DNA of 64,000 bases, from positions 896,365 to 960,364 of the forward strand of contig NW_003314319.1 of assembly GCF_000143415.4 (NCBI RefSeq). The letters run 5' to 3'. The number at the start of each line of letters is the position of its first letter. Position 1 is the stretch's first letter. This stretch comes from Selaginella moellendorffii. Taxonomy: Eukaryota > Plantae > Lycopodiophyta. The translations under genes and the position numbers were made by a program. A model generated the notes under the pieces. It saw nothing but the letters and a program-made list of their open reading frames with translations. It had not been told where the DNA came from and searched no databases. Positions 37,248 to 49,249 of this stretch are shown here, piece after piece.

Positions 37248-38563
37248 ATGTCGCAGCCAGGAATTGGCATGGGAGGAGCAACGGGGCCGTTTGGAGACAC
37301 CACTTACACCAAGGTCTTTGTGGGGGGATTGGCATGGGAGACCCAAAGGGATGCCATGCGCCGCTACTTTGAGCAGTTTGGAGAAATCCTGGAGGCGGTC
37401 GTCATCACGGACAAGAACACAGGGCGATCAAAAGGATATGGCTTTGTAAGTCTTGTTTTTTTCTCTCCTTTGCTCTTCCCTTTTTTTCCATGCATTTTTT
37501 TCTTTCTTCGTTTTTACTTACGCTACTTAAACTCATTCAGGTGACCTTTCGTGATCCCGAAGCGGCTCGGAGGGCCTGCGTTGATCCGGCTCCCATCATC
37601 GATGGTCGTCAAGCCAACTGCAATCTGGCTTCGCTTGGTGCCCGTGCTCCTCGTCCGCCATTTACATATCCAGGTTTGTCAAACGCTTTGAAATGTAGCT
37701 AGCATGACGCTTGGAAGGATTATATCCATATCAACGTTGTCATGTCATGGATGATGTAGGAGCTCGTTTCCGGCCTATGAGGCCTGCTGCTTCTCCTCCA
37801 CACCCCGGGACCCCCTCATACCCTGTGGCTCCGTCATTCCCCCAATTCGGCCCCTACTACCAGCCGGGCTTTGGATATCCACAGCAGTATGGGTGAGTGA
37901 GCTTTTGCTTTTGCAATAGTCGATAGATATCCTAACAGTTCTCCAATGATTTTTCGTGGTTTACAGGTATCATGTTCCAGACTATGCTTATCAGCAGGTT
38001 AGTTCGAGGTTTAGTGGTGTACTGCCGATATCTTATTTATTAAATTCTAATTGCAGGGACTGTATCCTTTTGGTGGTCCTCAGTATTCCACATTTTATAC
38101 TGGACCTGGTACACCCACAGCTGTGTACTCGTACGGCGGGTTTGGGCCACCTTTGCCATCTGGGCCAGGTTATCCTCCACCACAGGGATATGGAAGCATG
38201 CAAGGACCACAGTTCATGCAATATGGTGGAACAGTACCGCTTCAGTCTCCCGTGCCTTCCACTGGTATTAAATATTTCTTCTCTTTGCATATCTTGACTC
38301 TCCTTGTACTGCAGCGGTATCACCTGGACATTCCGGAGGAGGAACTGGAGCCTCTACTCCGTCTCCAATGCAGCAGTTTTCTCTCCCTTCTCCTTCTCAG
38401 CCACAACCTCAATTTTCACAGGCGGGAGGTTCGTGATTATTTCATTTTGAAGCTGAGCACAATCTGTACAATCTCTGCAAGCAGTGAAACAACAACCGCA
38501 CGGCTGGAGTGGGAGGTCGTCGTCACCATGCTCAACTGCATCCCCCCCGTAATCCGAGAGTAA
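37248..38563 (+). CDS. Single-RRM RNA-binding protein (RBM24/38, ARP1-like); 3' exons uncertain
   Basis: [33 protein letters not shown]|[22 protein letters not shown], then a Pro/Tyr/Gly-rich tail. Introns 37446-37540, 37674-37759 and others. Confidence 0.9.
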
Positions 38564-39119
38564 GCATGAGTACTCACTTCTCAGGTTTTGGGGGCCAGGA
38601 TTCATATCGTCGGAAAACCAGCAAAAACAACAAAAAAAAAACATAAAAACGAAAGAAAAACAGCAACAAAAAAAAAACAACGGTCGGTCACTAGATTAGC
38701 TCGTAGAGGGGGGCGGGTGGTTAAAATTCTTTTTCGTCTTCCTTTTTTTCTTTTTTTTCCTTTCGTCTATAATTCATTTTGTCACTTAATCGTTCTGAGG
38801 TCGGCGCAACCCGAATTTTGCTTCTATGTCGTCCTAAGATGTGTGTCTAACTTTTGCCGTGTCTTTCTTTCTTACAGGTGAAGAGGTCTGCTGAAACTGA
38901 TGGTATGTTGGTTCATTCTATTGTCTTTTTTATGTTTCTATCTACTGACTAGTGTCGCTTTTTGACAGCTGAGTTTGAATGGAACGCATTCATTTCACTT
39001 GGATTGAAATGCCAAAGTGTTTCATAGCTACAGCTCCCGACGTGACATTCTACTCGTCAAAGTAGTAATCGTTCAAGCATTTGGGACAACAACAGAAATG
39101 AAAATCATTTGATATTGCG

Positions 39120-41300
39120 TCACGGAATCTCTTCGTCCTCCACGGCATTGGAGGCGTGAGTGTTGGAAAGGAGAACATACAGTGCAGGCGTTCTTGGCTG
39201 CAGCTGGAAGACATGTTTGGCCACCCGTGCTCCCGTTTGGACGTCATTCTGGCCTTTGCAGCCGCCGAGCAGTGCCATCCACGCGACAGAGTCCGGTTCG
39301 AATGGCATCGTGTTGAGCAGCTCTTCCGCCTGGTGAAGCCAGCCTATTCTTGCCAGAAGGTCGATGATGCAGATGTAGTGATCCACAGTTGGCACGACCC
39401 CGTGGTCTTCGACTAGTTGCAAGGCTGTGAAGTACCACAGGGCTTCAGTGAGCAGACCTCCGTGGCTACAGGAAGTTAGAATACAGATGAAGCTGGCGCT
39501 CTGGGGCTTGTGTCCTTCGACTTCCATGGTCCGGAAGATCTCCAGGCTCTCTTGGAAGAGGCCGTTTTGGGAGTAAGCAGCAACCATCGTGTTCCAGCAA
39601 GGGACGTCCCGCTTTGTGAGCCCGTCAAACGCTCTCTTCGCCTCATACAGCCGCGCACAGCGTGCGTACATGGTTATGAGCGACGTGGCTACGATGGTGT
39701 TGGAGTGGAACAACTCGGAGTGAAGGATGCTGGAATGGATCAACTTCCCCTCGCGGAGAGCTGCCAGAGTCGCGCAGGCATCGAGAGCGCTGGATAGAGA
39801 TGCGTGGTCCAGCGGCACCGCTTCCAGGTCCATGACTTTGAACAGGTTGAGAGCATCCAGAGCAAGGCCTGCTTGGGTGTAGGCCGCGATCATGGCGTTC
39901 CAGGCGATGGTATCTCGGACAGGAAGACCGTCGAACAGGGCTCTGGCTTGGGTGATATGCCCGTGCCGGGCATAGGCCACCACCAATGCGGTTGCAGAGA
40001 CAACGTCCCGCTTGGGCATTCTCTGGAAAAGAAGCTCCGCGTCCTGGAGCTGCCCTTCCTCCGCAAAGCCTTGCATCATCGCGTTCCAGGAGGCAACGTC
40101 TCTGCACGGTGAAACGTCGAAGGTGGCCTTGGCGGTAGAGAGCTGCCCGTTTTGGACGTAGGCCTGCAGCAGTGCGTTCCAGCACACGAAGTTTCTGTGG
40201 GGAACTTTGTCGAAGACGCTCCTCGTCCGTGCCATGTCCCCGGCGGTGGCGTACCCGGACAGCAGCGTGTTCCAGGTAACACCATTCCGGTTTTGCGTCT
40301 CGTCAAATAACTCCCTGGCTCTGTGCAGTGCCCCGGCTTTGCAGTACGCCGAGACCATCGTGTTGTGCGCGTGTAAGTCCCTGTGTGGCGTCGCTTCGAA
40401 CACCCTCTCGGCCTCGCGGAGGTGCCCAGCCGCGACGAGCCCGGCGAGCACCGTGTTCCAGGACGCGGTGCTCCTCTGCGGCATCCTCTCGAAGGCGGCG
40501 AGAGCGCTCTGGAACCGCGAGTTGTCGACGTAGCCTTGGATCATGATGTTCCACGAATAGGCGGTTCTCTCCGGCATAGCATCGAAGAGGGTCTTCGCTC
40601 TGGCCAGCTCCTTGTGGTTCGCGAGCACCAGGATCATGAAGTTCCAGGACACGGAGGTCTTCTCCGGCATTCGCAGGAAGAGCTCTTTGGCCTCCACGAC
40701 ATGCCCGGTTTGGGCATATGCGGTCATCATGGTGGTGCCGGAAATCGCATCGTGGAAGGGCATCTTGTCAAACGCAGTCGTGGCGTTCGAGACGAGGCCG
40801 TTGTGGGCATATGCCTCGACGATGCTGTTCCACGTCACGATGCCCCTCTCGGGCATATTTTTGAACAGGAGCTCCGATTCCGGCATATGCCCAGCCCGAG
40901 CATATGCTGTTAGGAGTGTGTTCCACGTCACGCTGGTCCGCGCGGGCATTCGGTCAAAGGCATCTCGGGCGAGGGGAATCTGGCCGTTCTGGGCGTAGGC
41001 GAGGATGAGGATATTCCAGGAGAAGGCGTTTGGGTGGGCGAGGCGGTCGAATGCCGTACCCGCGTCGTCGAGGCTGCCGCAGGCGCCGTACATCTGGACG
41101 AGGGAGTTGCCGAGGAAGAGGGTGGTGTCTATGGCCGCCGCGGACAGGAGGCGGTGGATTCTCTGGCCCTCGCACAGGGCTCTCGCGCCGCCGCATTGTT
41201 TGAGGAGCGTGACATAGGTGGCTGTGTCGGATGCTCGCGGAGATTGTTCTAGTCTGGTTAGAGCTTCCCTCACTGCTGCTATGGTGGTGCTGACACACAT
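39120..41300 (-). CDS. PLS-class PPR protein with E domain (726 aa)
   Basis: Tandem 31-35-aa repeats (FDRMPxR...SWNxxLxAYA), then HYICIIDLLARIG...MPFEPDSVAWMALLGGC...YVLLSN. No DYW domain. Confidence 0.95.
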   Translation of the reverse strand: MCVSTTIAAVREALTRLEQSPRASDTATYVTLLKQCGGARALCEGQRIHRLLSAAAIDTTLFLGNSLVQMYGACGSLDDAGTAFDRLAHPNAFSWNILILAYAQNGQIPLARDAFDRMPARTSVTWNTLLTAYARAGHMPESELLFKNMPERGIVTWNSIVEAYAHNGLVSNATTAFDKMPFHDAISGTTMMTAYAQTGHVVEAKELFLRMPEKTSVSWNFMILVLANHKELARAKTLFDAMPERTAYSWNIMIQGYVDNSRFQSALAAFERMPQRSTASWNTVLAGLVAAGHLREAERVFEATPHRDLHAHNTMVSAYCKAGALHRARELFDETQNRNGVTWNTLLSGYATAGDMARTRSVFDKVPHRNFVCWNALLQAYVQNGQLSTAKATFDVSPCRDVASWNAMMQGFAEEGQLQDAELLFQRMPKRDVVSATALVVAYARHGHITQARALFDGLPVRDTIAWNAMIAAYTQAGLALDALNLFKVMDLEAVPLDHASLSSALDACATLAALREGKLIHSSILHSELFHSNTIVATSLITMYARCARLYEAKRAFDGLTKRDVPCWNTMVAAYSQNGLFQESLEIFRTMEVEGHKPQSASFICILTSCSHGGLLTEALWYFTALQLVEDHGVVPTVDHYICIIDLLARIGWLHQAEELLNTMPFEPDSVAWMALLGGCKGQNDVQTGARVAKHVFQLQPRTPALYVLLSNTHASNAVEDEEIP

Positions 41301-41329
41301 TTGTTTGCTAGCTTTGCGCGAGAATCCAT

Positions 41330-41870
41330 GAACGAGGCAAGATCATCGAGGCACCAAATAGGAAATGTGGTGTTTGGAAGTGAGATTTACGTATATGTTG
41401 TGAGCGTTCTTCCGTGATCCGCATTACATAATCCAATGTGCCCAAAGCGGGCATATGTGAGAAAGCACAATTCTTCCAGCCTCTTTAGAACTTCTTTCAC
41501 TCGGGCAAGATCATCGAGAAACCACCGAAAAGGAAAAAATGTTTGAAACTTACGCAGAGATTTACGTACGTAGCTTTCTTTCGCTTTCTTTCTTTCCAAC
41601 CAAACTGCCATGATCCAATATGCCCAAAGCGGGCATATGTGAGAGGCCAAAGGTGACGCGTTTAGAGCTTCGTTTTAGATCTTCTTTCACTTGCTCATAC
41701 CAGACATCAATGACAAAGATTTACGTACGAATTGTATGAGCTTTACTGCGCTGCTTCTTTTTCTGCAGTGATCCGCATTGACAAAACTGCCATGATCCAA
41801 TATGCCCAAACCGGGCATATGTGAGAGCGCCAAAGCTCACAAATTATTCCAGCCTCTTTAGAGCTTCTTT
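41330..41870. repeat. Three degenerate ~180-bp tandem units
   Basis: Core ATCCAATATGCCCAAAGCGGGCATATGTGAGA (one mismatch each in units 1 and 3) at ~41431, ~41612 and ~41795. Confidence 0.75.
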
Positions 41871-42206
41871 CGCTTGGTGCTCTCGATCTCGTCCAAAGTA
41901 ATTCTCGCGACTGCTTAAACAGTGTTGAGCATCGAGCAAAGAGAATCACACTTGCAGCTTCGAGTAGATAGACCCACCGGGAAGAGAAAACCATAAACAA
42001 TACGAGCACAGCCTACGGACAAGGACAAAAAGATTAAATTCCAGAAACAAATGTAAAGAATAGACACTGACGACTTCAAAACAAAAACAAATTGCTGCTG
42101 CTCCTGCTGCTGCTGCTACTGTACGTCGCTCGATCTGTGCAGTGGATGCGGTAACGCCACCAATCTTCTCCAGCATTGAAGAGATCTTCCCTCCTCTTTG
42201 TCGCTG

Positions 42207-43469
42207 CTAGGCCGCGGATCTCCGCCCCGACGACGGCGTCGTCGTCGCCGTCCTTGTCTTCACCTCCGAATCATCGGCCTCCAGGAGCTCGTCACCATAC
42301 TTGACAGTGTCGAGCTTGAGCTTCTTCTCGCTTTCCAGGCTCTCCCCCCGGGGACCCTTTCTCAAGATCTGTACCACCTCGTGCATGGTGGGCCGGTTCT
42401 CGGGCGTGTTCTGCGCGCACATCGTCGCGACGTGGACGACGTTCTTGAGCTCCTCCGCGTTGAACTTGCCTTGCAGCTTGGGGTCGACCAGCTCGGTCAG
42501 CCTGCCTTGGAACACCAGCGGCGCCGCCCACTCGACGATGGTCCGCTTGGTTCCCGGCCCCAGCTTCTCGATCGGCTTCTTCCCACTGATGAGCTCCAGC
42601 AGGAGGATCCCAAAGCTGTAGACGTCGCAGCTCTCCGAGACTTTCCCCCACATCGCGTACTCGGGCGCCAGGTAGCCGAGAGTTCCCTTGACACGGGTGG
42701 TGACGTGCGTCGCTCCCTCCGGGACGAGCTTGGCGAAGCCAAAGTCGGCCACCTGGGCTTCGAAGTCGGAGTTGAGCAGCACGTTGCTAGCTTTCACGTC
42801 CCGGTGGATGATGTGCGGCGTCGCATTGTGATGCAGGTACCTGGAAAGCATTGCGACCAACGATAAGAGTCAGAGCGAGAGCTGGGATAAAAGTCTGGCT
42901 TACTCGAGTCCTTCGGCAGATCCGATGGCGATGTTCATTCGCTTGTCCCAGTCAAGCTGGTTGTCCGGCGCGAACTGACCGTGCAAGTGTGACAAGAGGC
43001 TTAGATTTGGCATGTAGTCATACACTATCAAGCGCTCTTGTCCTTCAGCACAGTAACCTCTTAGGCTCAACAGGTTTTTGTGTCGAACTCGTCCAAGGAT
43101 CTCCACCTCCACTGAGAATTCCATCTCTGCTTTCGTGCTCCATACTTTCAATCTCTTCACGGCGATCTGGCGCAGAGAAAAAACTGGATAAAACAAACCT
43201 TGAAAACTTCTCATCACCAATACCTGCGAGCCATCCCAAAGTTGCCCCCAGTAGACACTGCCAAAGCCGCCTTCCCCTAGCTTGTTGTCATAGTTAAAGC
43301 TGTTTGTGGCCGAGTGGAGCTCTTTCAAGGAAAAAATTCTCCATTCCTTTTTTTCTGATGATTTTTGCCTGCAGAGCGCAAAGTAACCACAAAGTCTATC
43401 ATCGGACTTGCATCGAAAACAAGATTACCTGGGAACTCTACCACAAATGCACCGCTCCAAGTACTCCAT
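42207..43469 (-). CDS. Receptor-like cytoplasmic kinase (PTI1-like, At3g15890-type)
   Basis: Exons MEYLERCICGRVPR|QKSSEKKEWRIFSLKELHSATNSFNYDNKLGEGGFGSVYWG...|IAVKRLK...|YLHHNATPHIIHRDVKASN...DFG...GTLGYLAPE. Confidence 0.93.
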
Positions 43470-44143
43470 AAAAGCTCTGGCGAAGCACAAGAATAAAGAA
43501 GGAAAAGCTCGCTCACAACAGTAGAAAATCCCGGAGCGCACGATCCTCTCTCTTTCGCAAGTGTTGCAATCTGCCCATAAATAATTACTTTCCTCCTCTC
43601 CTGCTGTCCTGAGAAAAACAAAACGAGGCATCAAAAACCCAGCTACGCGCAAATGCATTGTATAGTGACGATCGCTATCGTAAGGCAAGAAAGAAATTAA
43701 TCTCTAATCGTGCGGGCATGAAGCGCATGAGTGAGAGCTAGCCGGATCGATCGAGACTCTAGAGCACCAAAAATCCGAGCAGCAAACAAGCAAGGCCAGA
43801 GAAGCTAACGCAAATGCCTCGATCTCTTGGATCTAGCACCAAAATCACTCGAAATACCTGAAATGTGATACAAGACCCTGCTGGAATCCGCCCGGATCGC
43901 CGAGATTTGAGTGAAGCTCCACGAAATATGAGAGATCCAATGCTTGGCGCTGGCGCTGGGCGGGCGATAGACCTAAAGGAAGACTCTCCTCATCCGCGCT
44001 TAGGGAAAGACCCAGCCACGGCGAAGTCGGGCTTTCTCTCGCTGGGCTACGCTACCCTCTGACTGACGGCAACCGCATATGCCGAGAACCATCGACCGGA
44101 ATGGTGACCGTTGGATTCAAATGACCGAATATGCGATGGGATC

Positions 44144-44160
44144 CTAGGGTTTTAGGGTTT
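44144..44160. promoter_or_regulatory. Telo-box pair (TAGGGTTT) upstream of the mL41 gene
   Basis: TAGGGTTTTAGGGTTT lies ~15-30 bp before the ATG. Telo-boxes are typical of plant ribosomal protein promoters. Confidence 0.6.
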
Positions 44161-44173
44161 TGGAGCTGGAGCG

Positions 44174-44577
44174 ATGCCGCTGGGCGTGCTCACGGGGTTT
44201 CTCCGGGCGAGGCGCGTGCCCAAGAAGGGATTTCTCTCCCTCAGCCCCAAGCGCGCCGAGAAGAACTACTACAAGGGCAAGGGCGTGATCAACTACGGCC
44301 GATTGACGAAGAAAGGTATGCCGATTGATCCATCGATTCGATTCTAGTTCACATTTTGCCCTATTCTCTTGCGCAGGAGGATTTAGCGTCCTGCTTCACA
44401 AGCTCCCGAAATTCGTCGTGCCGGATCTCACTGGATTCAAGGTCTGTTCTCCATTTCATACATCGCTGCTTGACTGATCGATCGAAATCTTAGCTCAAGC
44501 CCTATGTCGCGCACAATGTGCCCAAGATCGTGTCGAAGGAGAAGCTCGAGAAGGAGAAAGCCAGCGCTGGAATCTGA
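44174..44577 (+). CDS. MRPL41: Mitochondrial ribosomal protein mL41 (yeast L27 family), 3 exons
   Basis: LSPKRAEKNYYKGKG...YGRLTKK|GGF...KFVVPDLTGFK|LKPYVAH matches the mL41 signature. Confidence 0.9.
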
Positions 44578-44741
44578 ATTGATGCCGTGCGAACATTTCG
44601 GTACGCTTGGAGAATATGCCGTCACCCGCGTTAAAATATTCTCATCCATTTAAAAATTTTGACTTTTACCTTTTCTTTCTACCTTTATAGGGCTCGTGTT
44701 TGAATGGCACACGCGCATCTTCATCTTGATCAGTGGTGGCT

Positions 44742-46847
44742 ATGGCGGAGACGTGCGCCATTCCAGTCTCGCAGTGGCAATTCCGGATCTCCTCCCCAAT
44801 CCCGCGCCACAGCGGCGGCATCGGCAGCGCGAATTCCAGGGAGCAATGCGTCGCCAAGGCCGCGGCGGCGGGATCGTTCGTCCTCCACGACGATCAAGAT
44901 CAAGAATGCAGGTCTGTCGCTGCGATTTCACCTCCTCCCCGGCGTAGATCTGATGCCGCGCCGCTTGTCGGTGAAATCGCGGGGATTCTCGACACCATCC
45001 GCGACGTCCGCGAGCTCCCGGACGCTCTAGCGAGGTTTCGCGGCCGATTGACGCCCTTCGCAGTCGGCAAGATTCTCCAGGGCGTCAAGGACGCCGGATC
45101 GGCGCTCTTCTTTTACCGCTGGGTGGGATCGCAGGATTTGTTCCGGCACACCACATTCTCGATGAACTGCGCGCTCAATCTCCTCGTCAGGGCCGGGCAG
45201 CACGGACAGGCCGTCCAGCTCTTCCGCGAGGAGAGGTGTGTGCCCAACGAATTCACGTATGGATCTCTCATTCATGGGCTGTGCAAGGCCGGGAAGCTGG
45301 ATCAAGCGTACGAGCTCCTGGACGAGATGAGAGACCGAGGAATTCCTCCCGGGGTGGCCGTCCACAATGGCGTGATCAGGGGCCTGTGCAAGGCCGGGAG
45401 GTTTGGCGACGCGCTGGGCTACTTCAAGACGGTGGCGGGCACCAAGTGCACGCCAGACATCATCACTTTCAACATCCTGGTGGACGCTCTCGTGAAATCG
45501 GGGAGAGTGGAGGAGGCCTTCCAGATCTTCGAGAGCATGCACACGTCCAGCCAGTGCCTGCCAAACGTGGTGACTTACACCACCGTGATCAATGGGCTGT
45601 GCAAAGATGGGAAGCTGGACAGGGCGATCGAGCTGCTGGATCTCATGAACGAGACTGGCTGCTGCCCAAACGTGATCACTTACAGCGTCTTGGTTGAAGG
45701 GCTGTGCAAAGCTGGCCGGACAGACAAAGGTTTCACGCTCCTGCAAGAGATGACCAGGCGGGGATTCCAGCCGGACGTGATCATGTACAACACGCTGCTA
45801 AACGGGCTTTGCAAATCGAGGAGGCTCGATGAGGCGCTGGAGCTCGTCCAGCTGATGATCCGGAGTGGCTGCTACCCGACGGTGGTGACTTACAACAGCC
45901 TCATGGAGCTGTTTTGCCGGAGCAAGCAGGTTGACAGGGCTTTCAGGCTCATACAGGTGATGAGCGAGCGCGGGTGCCCACCGGACGTGATCAACTACAA
46001 CACGGTGATCGCGGGCCTGTGCCGGGATGCGAGGCTGGACGATGCCCAGGCGCTGCTCAAGCAGATGGTGGCGGCGAGGTGTGTGCCGGACGTGATCACT
46101 TACAGCACTATCATCGACGGGCTGTGCAAGGACTGGAGAGTGGACGCGGACTGGAAGCTGGAGGCGGCTTGCGAGATCCTGGAGATGATGAAGCAGACGG
46201 GGTGCCCGCCGAATGCTGGAACTTACGCCGTCGTCATCGAGGGGCTGTGCCGGGCCAGGAAGTCGCAGCAGGCGCTCGCGCTGCTGCGGCGGATGATCGA
46301 CAGCGAGGTGGTCCCGGACTTGTCCTCGTTCAGCATGGTGATCGGCAGCCTGTGCAAGTCCCACGACCTGGATGCCGCGTACAAGATCTTCGGGATGATG
46401 AGCGAGCGGGAATGCAAGCCCAATCCGGTGGCTTACGCGGCGCTGATCGACGGCCTCTCGAAAGGTGGCGAGGTGGACAAGGCCGTGCGAGTTTTCGAGC
46501 TCATGGTGGAGAGCTTCCGGCCGGGTGTGGCGACTTACAACAGCGTCCTGGACGGGCTTTGCGGCGTTGGAAGGATTGAAGAGGCTGTGAGAATGGTGGA
46601 GGGGATGATCCACAAGGAATGCTTTCCAGACGGGGCGAGCTACGGGGCGCTCATCCGGGGCTTGTGTCGCGTCTCGTGCGTGGAGGAGGCGTACGAGCTC
46701 TTCCAGGCGGTGGAGGCTAAAGGATTTGCCATGGAGGTTGGAGTGTACAACGTTTTGGTGAACGAGCTGTGCAAGAAGAAGAGGCTGAGCGATGCTCACG
46801 GGGTCGCAAATAAGTTGATCGAGGCGGGATACAAGCAGCAAGGATGA
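44742..46847 (+). CDS. P-class PPR protein (~700 aa)
   Basis: Regular 35-aa repeats (PNVVTYTTVINGLCKDGKLDRAIELL) after a targeting-like N-terminus. Confidence 0.95.
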   Translation: MAETCAIPVSQWQFRISSPIPRHSGGIGSANSREQCVAKAAAAGSFVLHDDQDQECRSVAAISPPPRRRSDAAPLVGEIAGILDTIRDVRELPDALARFRGRLTPFAVGKILQGVKDAGSALFFYRWVGSQDLFRHTTFSMNCALNLLVRAGQHGQAVQLFREERCVPNEFTYGSLIHGLCKAGKLDQAYELLDEMRDRGIPPGVAVHNGVIRGLCKAGRFGDALGYFKTVAGTKCTPDIITFNILVDALVKSGRVEEAFQIFESMHTSSQCLPNVVTYTTVINGLCKDGKLDRAIELLDLMNETGCCPNVITYSVLVEGLCKAGRTDKGFTLLQEMTRRGFQPDVIMYNTLLNGLCKSRRLDEALELVQLMIRSGCYPTVVTYNSLMELFCRSKQVDRAFRLIQVMSERGCPPDVINYNTVIAGLCRDARLDDAQALLKQMVAARCVPDVITYSTIIDGLCKDWRVDADWKLEAACEILEMMKQTGCPPNAGTYAVVIEGLCRARKSQQALALLRRMIDSEVVPDLSSFSMVIGSLCKSHDLDAAYKIFGMMSERECKPNPVAYAALIDGLSKGGEVDKAVRVFELMVESFRPGVATYNSVLDGLCGVGRIEEAVRMVEGMIHKECFPDGASYGALIRGLCRVSCVEEAYELFQAVEAKGFAMEVGVYNVLVNELCKKKRLSDAHGVANKLIEAGYKQQG

Positions 46848-49249
46848 AAGAAATAGCATACAATGCAAAGATAACATAGTCAATGAATGTCGAAATCCGT
46901 TGACTTTGATTGAATTTGAGTGGATTCTGCGACTCACATCAAGTATCACATTATGTTGCAATTGCGAGAGATATCATACAGTAAATGAATTATCTTTCAT
47001 GGAATACATATATTCACTAGCTGCATTTTCAAATTGAGAGAGGGATACTCCATGGGATTTTTGTTCATCATCAATGCCAAATCGAGAGCTGTGCTCTCGT
47101 ACTCATGACGCAACCAGTCCTGAACATTGCTACTTGTTGCTTCATTTATCGAGTGCCAACCCTGAAGTTCCAGCACGTCTCTATGCCTTACTTGACTCAG
47201 AGTGCAACCATCGCCACATCCAAGACGACCGTTATATACAGCGTCACTGCAAATATAACAGCCTTTCTCTCTAGTTCTGCAGCTTCATTCACAAGACCCT
47301 CCAGCCACGTCACGATGACGATTGCGAGATGGACGAGCGTACACTATGGAGCAGCTTTTGGACGTTCACCTCGTTCTCGGCGTACTGTGGCGTCGCCCAG
47401 GGCTTTCGCTTCTCCCTCTTGGCAAGGGCGGGAAAATCTGTTGCTAGAGTTGTGAGAGGAGATGAAGCGTTCGATCTCGGCCTTTACGCACTCACGTCCA
47501 TGTTGTTTAGCTCCACTCCCAGTTTCACCACCCCTGTTCCTCCAGCAAAGAGCTTCATCGCCACGTTTGGCTCCCGCATCTTCCTCTCCCGTACTCGTTG
47601 CCCAGCAGGTTGGCCGTGCAGGTGACGATCAAGAGCGTGAGATGGAGAGACTGCCAGCTCTGGAGCATCGTCCACCACTGACGTCGTCAGGGAACTCGGG
47701 AATGATGAAACAGGTGTAAATAGGAAAATGCTACAACATGAGTATTTCCTGGTTGTGCCTTGATCTCTCCCTTGATCTGCTGTTTGTTTCCAGGGAACTT
47801 GTCCAGCTTGATCGCGATCCAGTAAGCAAAAGTTGTGAAGATTCAGCCCCTTTGTGTGATAAAGTCCTTCTTCACGTTTATCTGCATACTCCAGCTTGTG
47901 AAACTCCATTTACTTCTTCACAATGACCGAGCCGCAAGACTCCCGCCTAGATGAGACCACCTCTCAATTCAAGCTCTCAAGATGTCCTTGAAGATGTTGT
48001 GGAACGCCACCACAAGTCTGGAATACATCAAGCCACCGAGAACTTCTTGATCACTTTCTCCAGCTTTCCAACAGTTGGACGCCCTCGTAGAATCTGCGAG
48101 GTCCCCATCCTCTCCTGGAGATATCTCTCCACATTCCTGGCCACTGACTCTTAATGCTCACTCACCAGTGCCTTGTGGGCCATCAATGCACCTCGTACCC
48201 GCGACTGCGCCAGATCTAGCTCCCTCACCTTGCCAGCATGTCTACTCTACATGGTGCAGACGCCCATTCAGATTCTTCTCACAGCCCATTGTACTTATAA
48301 GATTCATGGTGCCAACGTCCATGAGATTAAGGATCTCTTAAGCATATTCATCATTAAGTCAGCTACTCATCTCTCCAATGAGTTATTTATTAAGGAGTAC
48401 ATTCATTAATATTATAATAAGAATTAAACCTTAAACCTTTATTATCATGTGATTTAAATTATTATGTACATTGGGCATTTTGGATAATTTTCTAGATTAG
48501 TTTGGGATTATTTAAGAACCCTTATAACAGTATGGTTTTGAGGATTTTGTAGCTAGAATGTTCAATATAAATCCATCTTTTCTCTAATGCCTTAAGACTT
48601 TTAATTTTTCGTGTATACCTACATTGGATACACTCAAACAAATGTTTGAATGATTCTTGCAATCAATTATCATAATACACAATAAGATCAATGGCAATTG
48701 TGAGAGATGTTATCCATTATTTTATTATTTTATTAGTAATTTAATTATTTCCCCTCCTCTCAATAACGAACTTCTAACAGTTTAAACACTTTCATATCCT
48801 AAAATCCTCTTCCTTAGGTATAATCAAATTTTGATACTCTACAGAAGTTATATCAAGAGTCAAAACAATTCAATATAGCATTGCACTCGCAACTCCACTA
48901 TCATGGGCTTTTTGATTTAGAGCTAAAGATTAGTATGCAATTAAAGTTTAATGGCACATAGTCCAAGTTTTGTAGCTTTTTCAACTAAGTTGGATTTCAA
49001 ATTGCTATGCAATTTGATTGATAGTCCACTCTAATTTATTATATAGACTTGATTAGATCTCCTTTTAGTGGAATGCCTCTTTGCCCTTTTTTAAAAAAGT
49101 GATTCTATTTTTTAGGACTTTAATCTCTTTGTTCAGCTGTGACATATGGATGCTTGCATTTTTTTCTTCTTGTTTTTCCAAAAAAGCTAGAGTTACTTAG
49201 CAGAAGTTCTGACTGACCAGTGGCTAATGCTTGAAAGGAGATGATGGTC

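Noticed and set aside
41330-41870. CRISPR-like appearance of spaced palindromes
   Set aside because: Eukaryotic context. The inter-core segments are homologous to each other, there are only 3 units, and no cas genes.
45798-46961. Long 387-aa antisense ORF and other shadow ORFs over the PPR, RLCK and toxin genes
   Set aside because: Expected from GC3-rich codon usage on the opposite strand. No recognisable motifs.
47000-48400. Coding-like composition with several short ORFs
   Set aside because: No family recognised and no consistent frame; probably a remnant.
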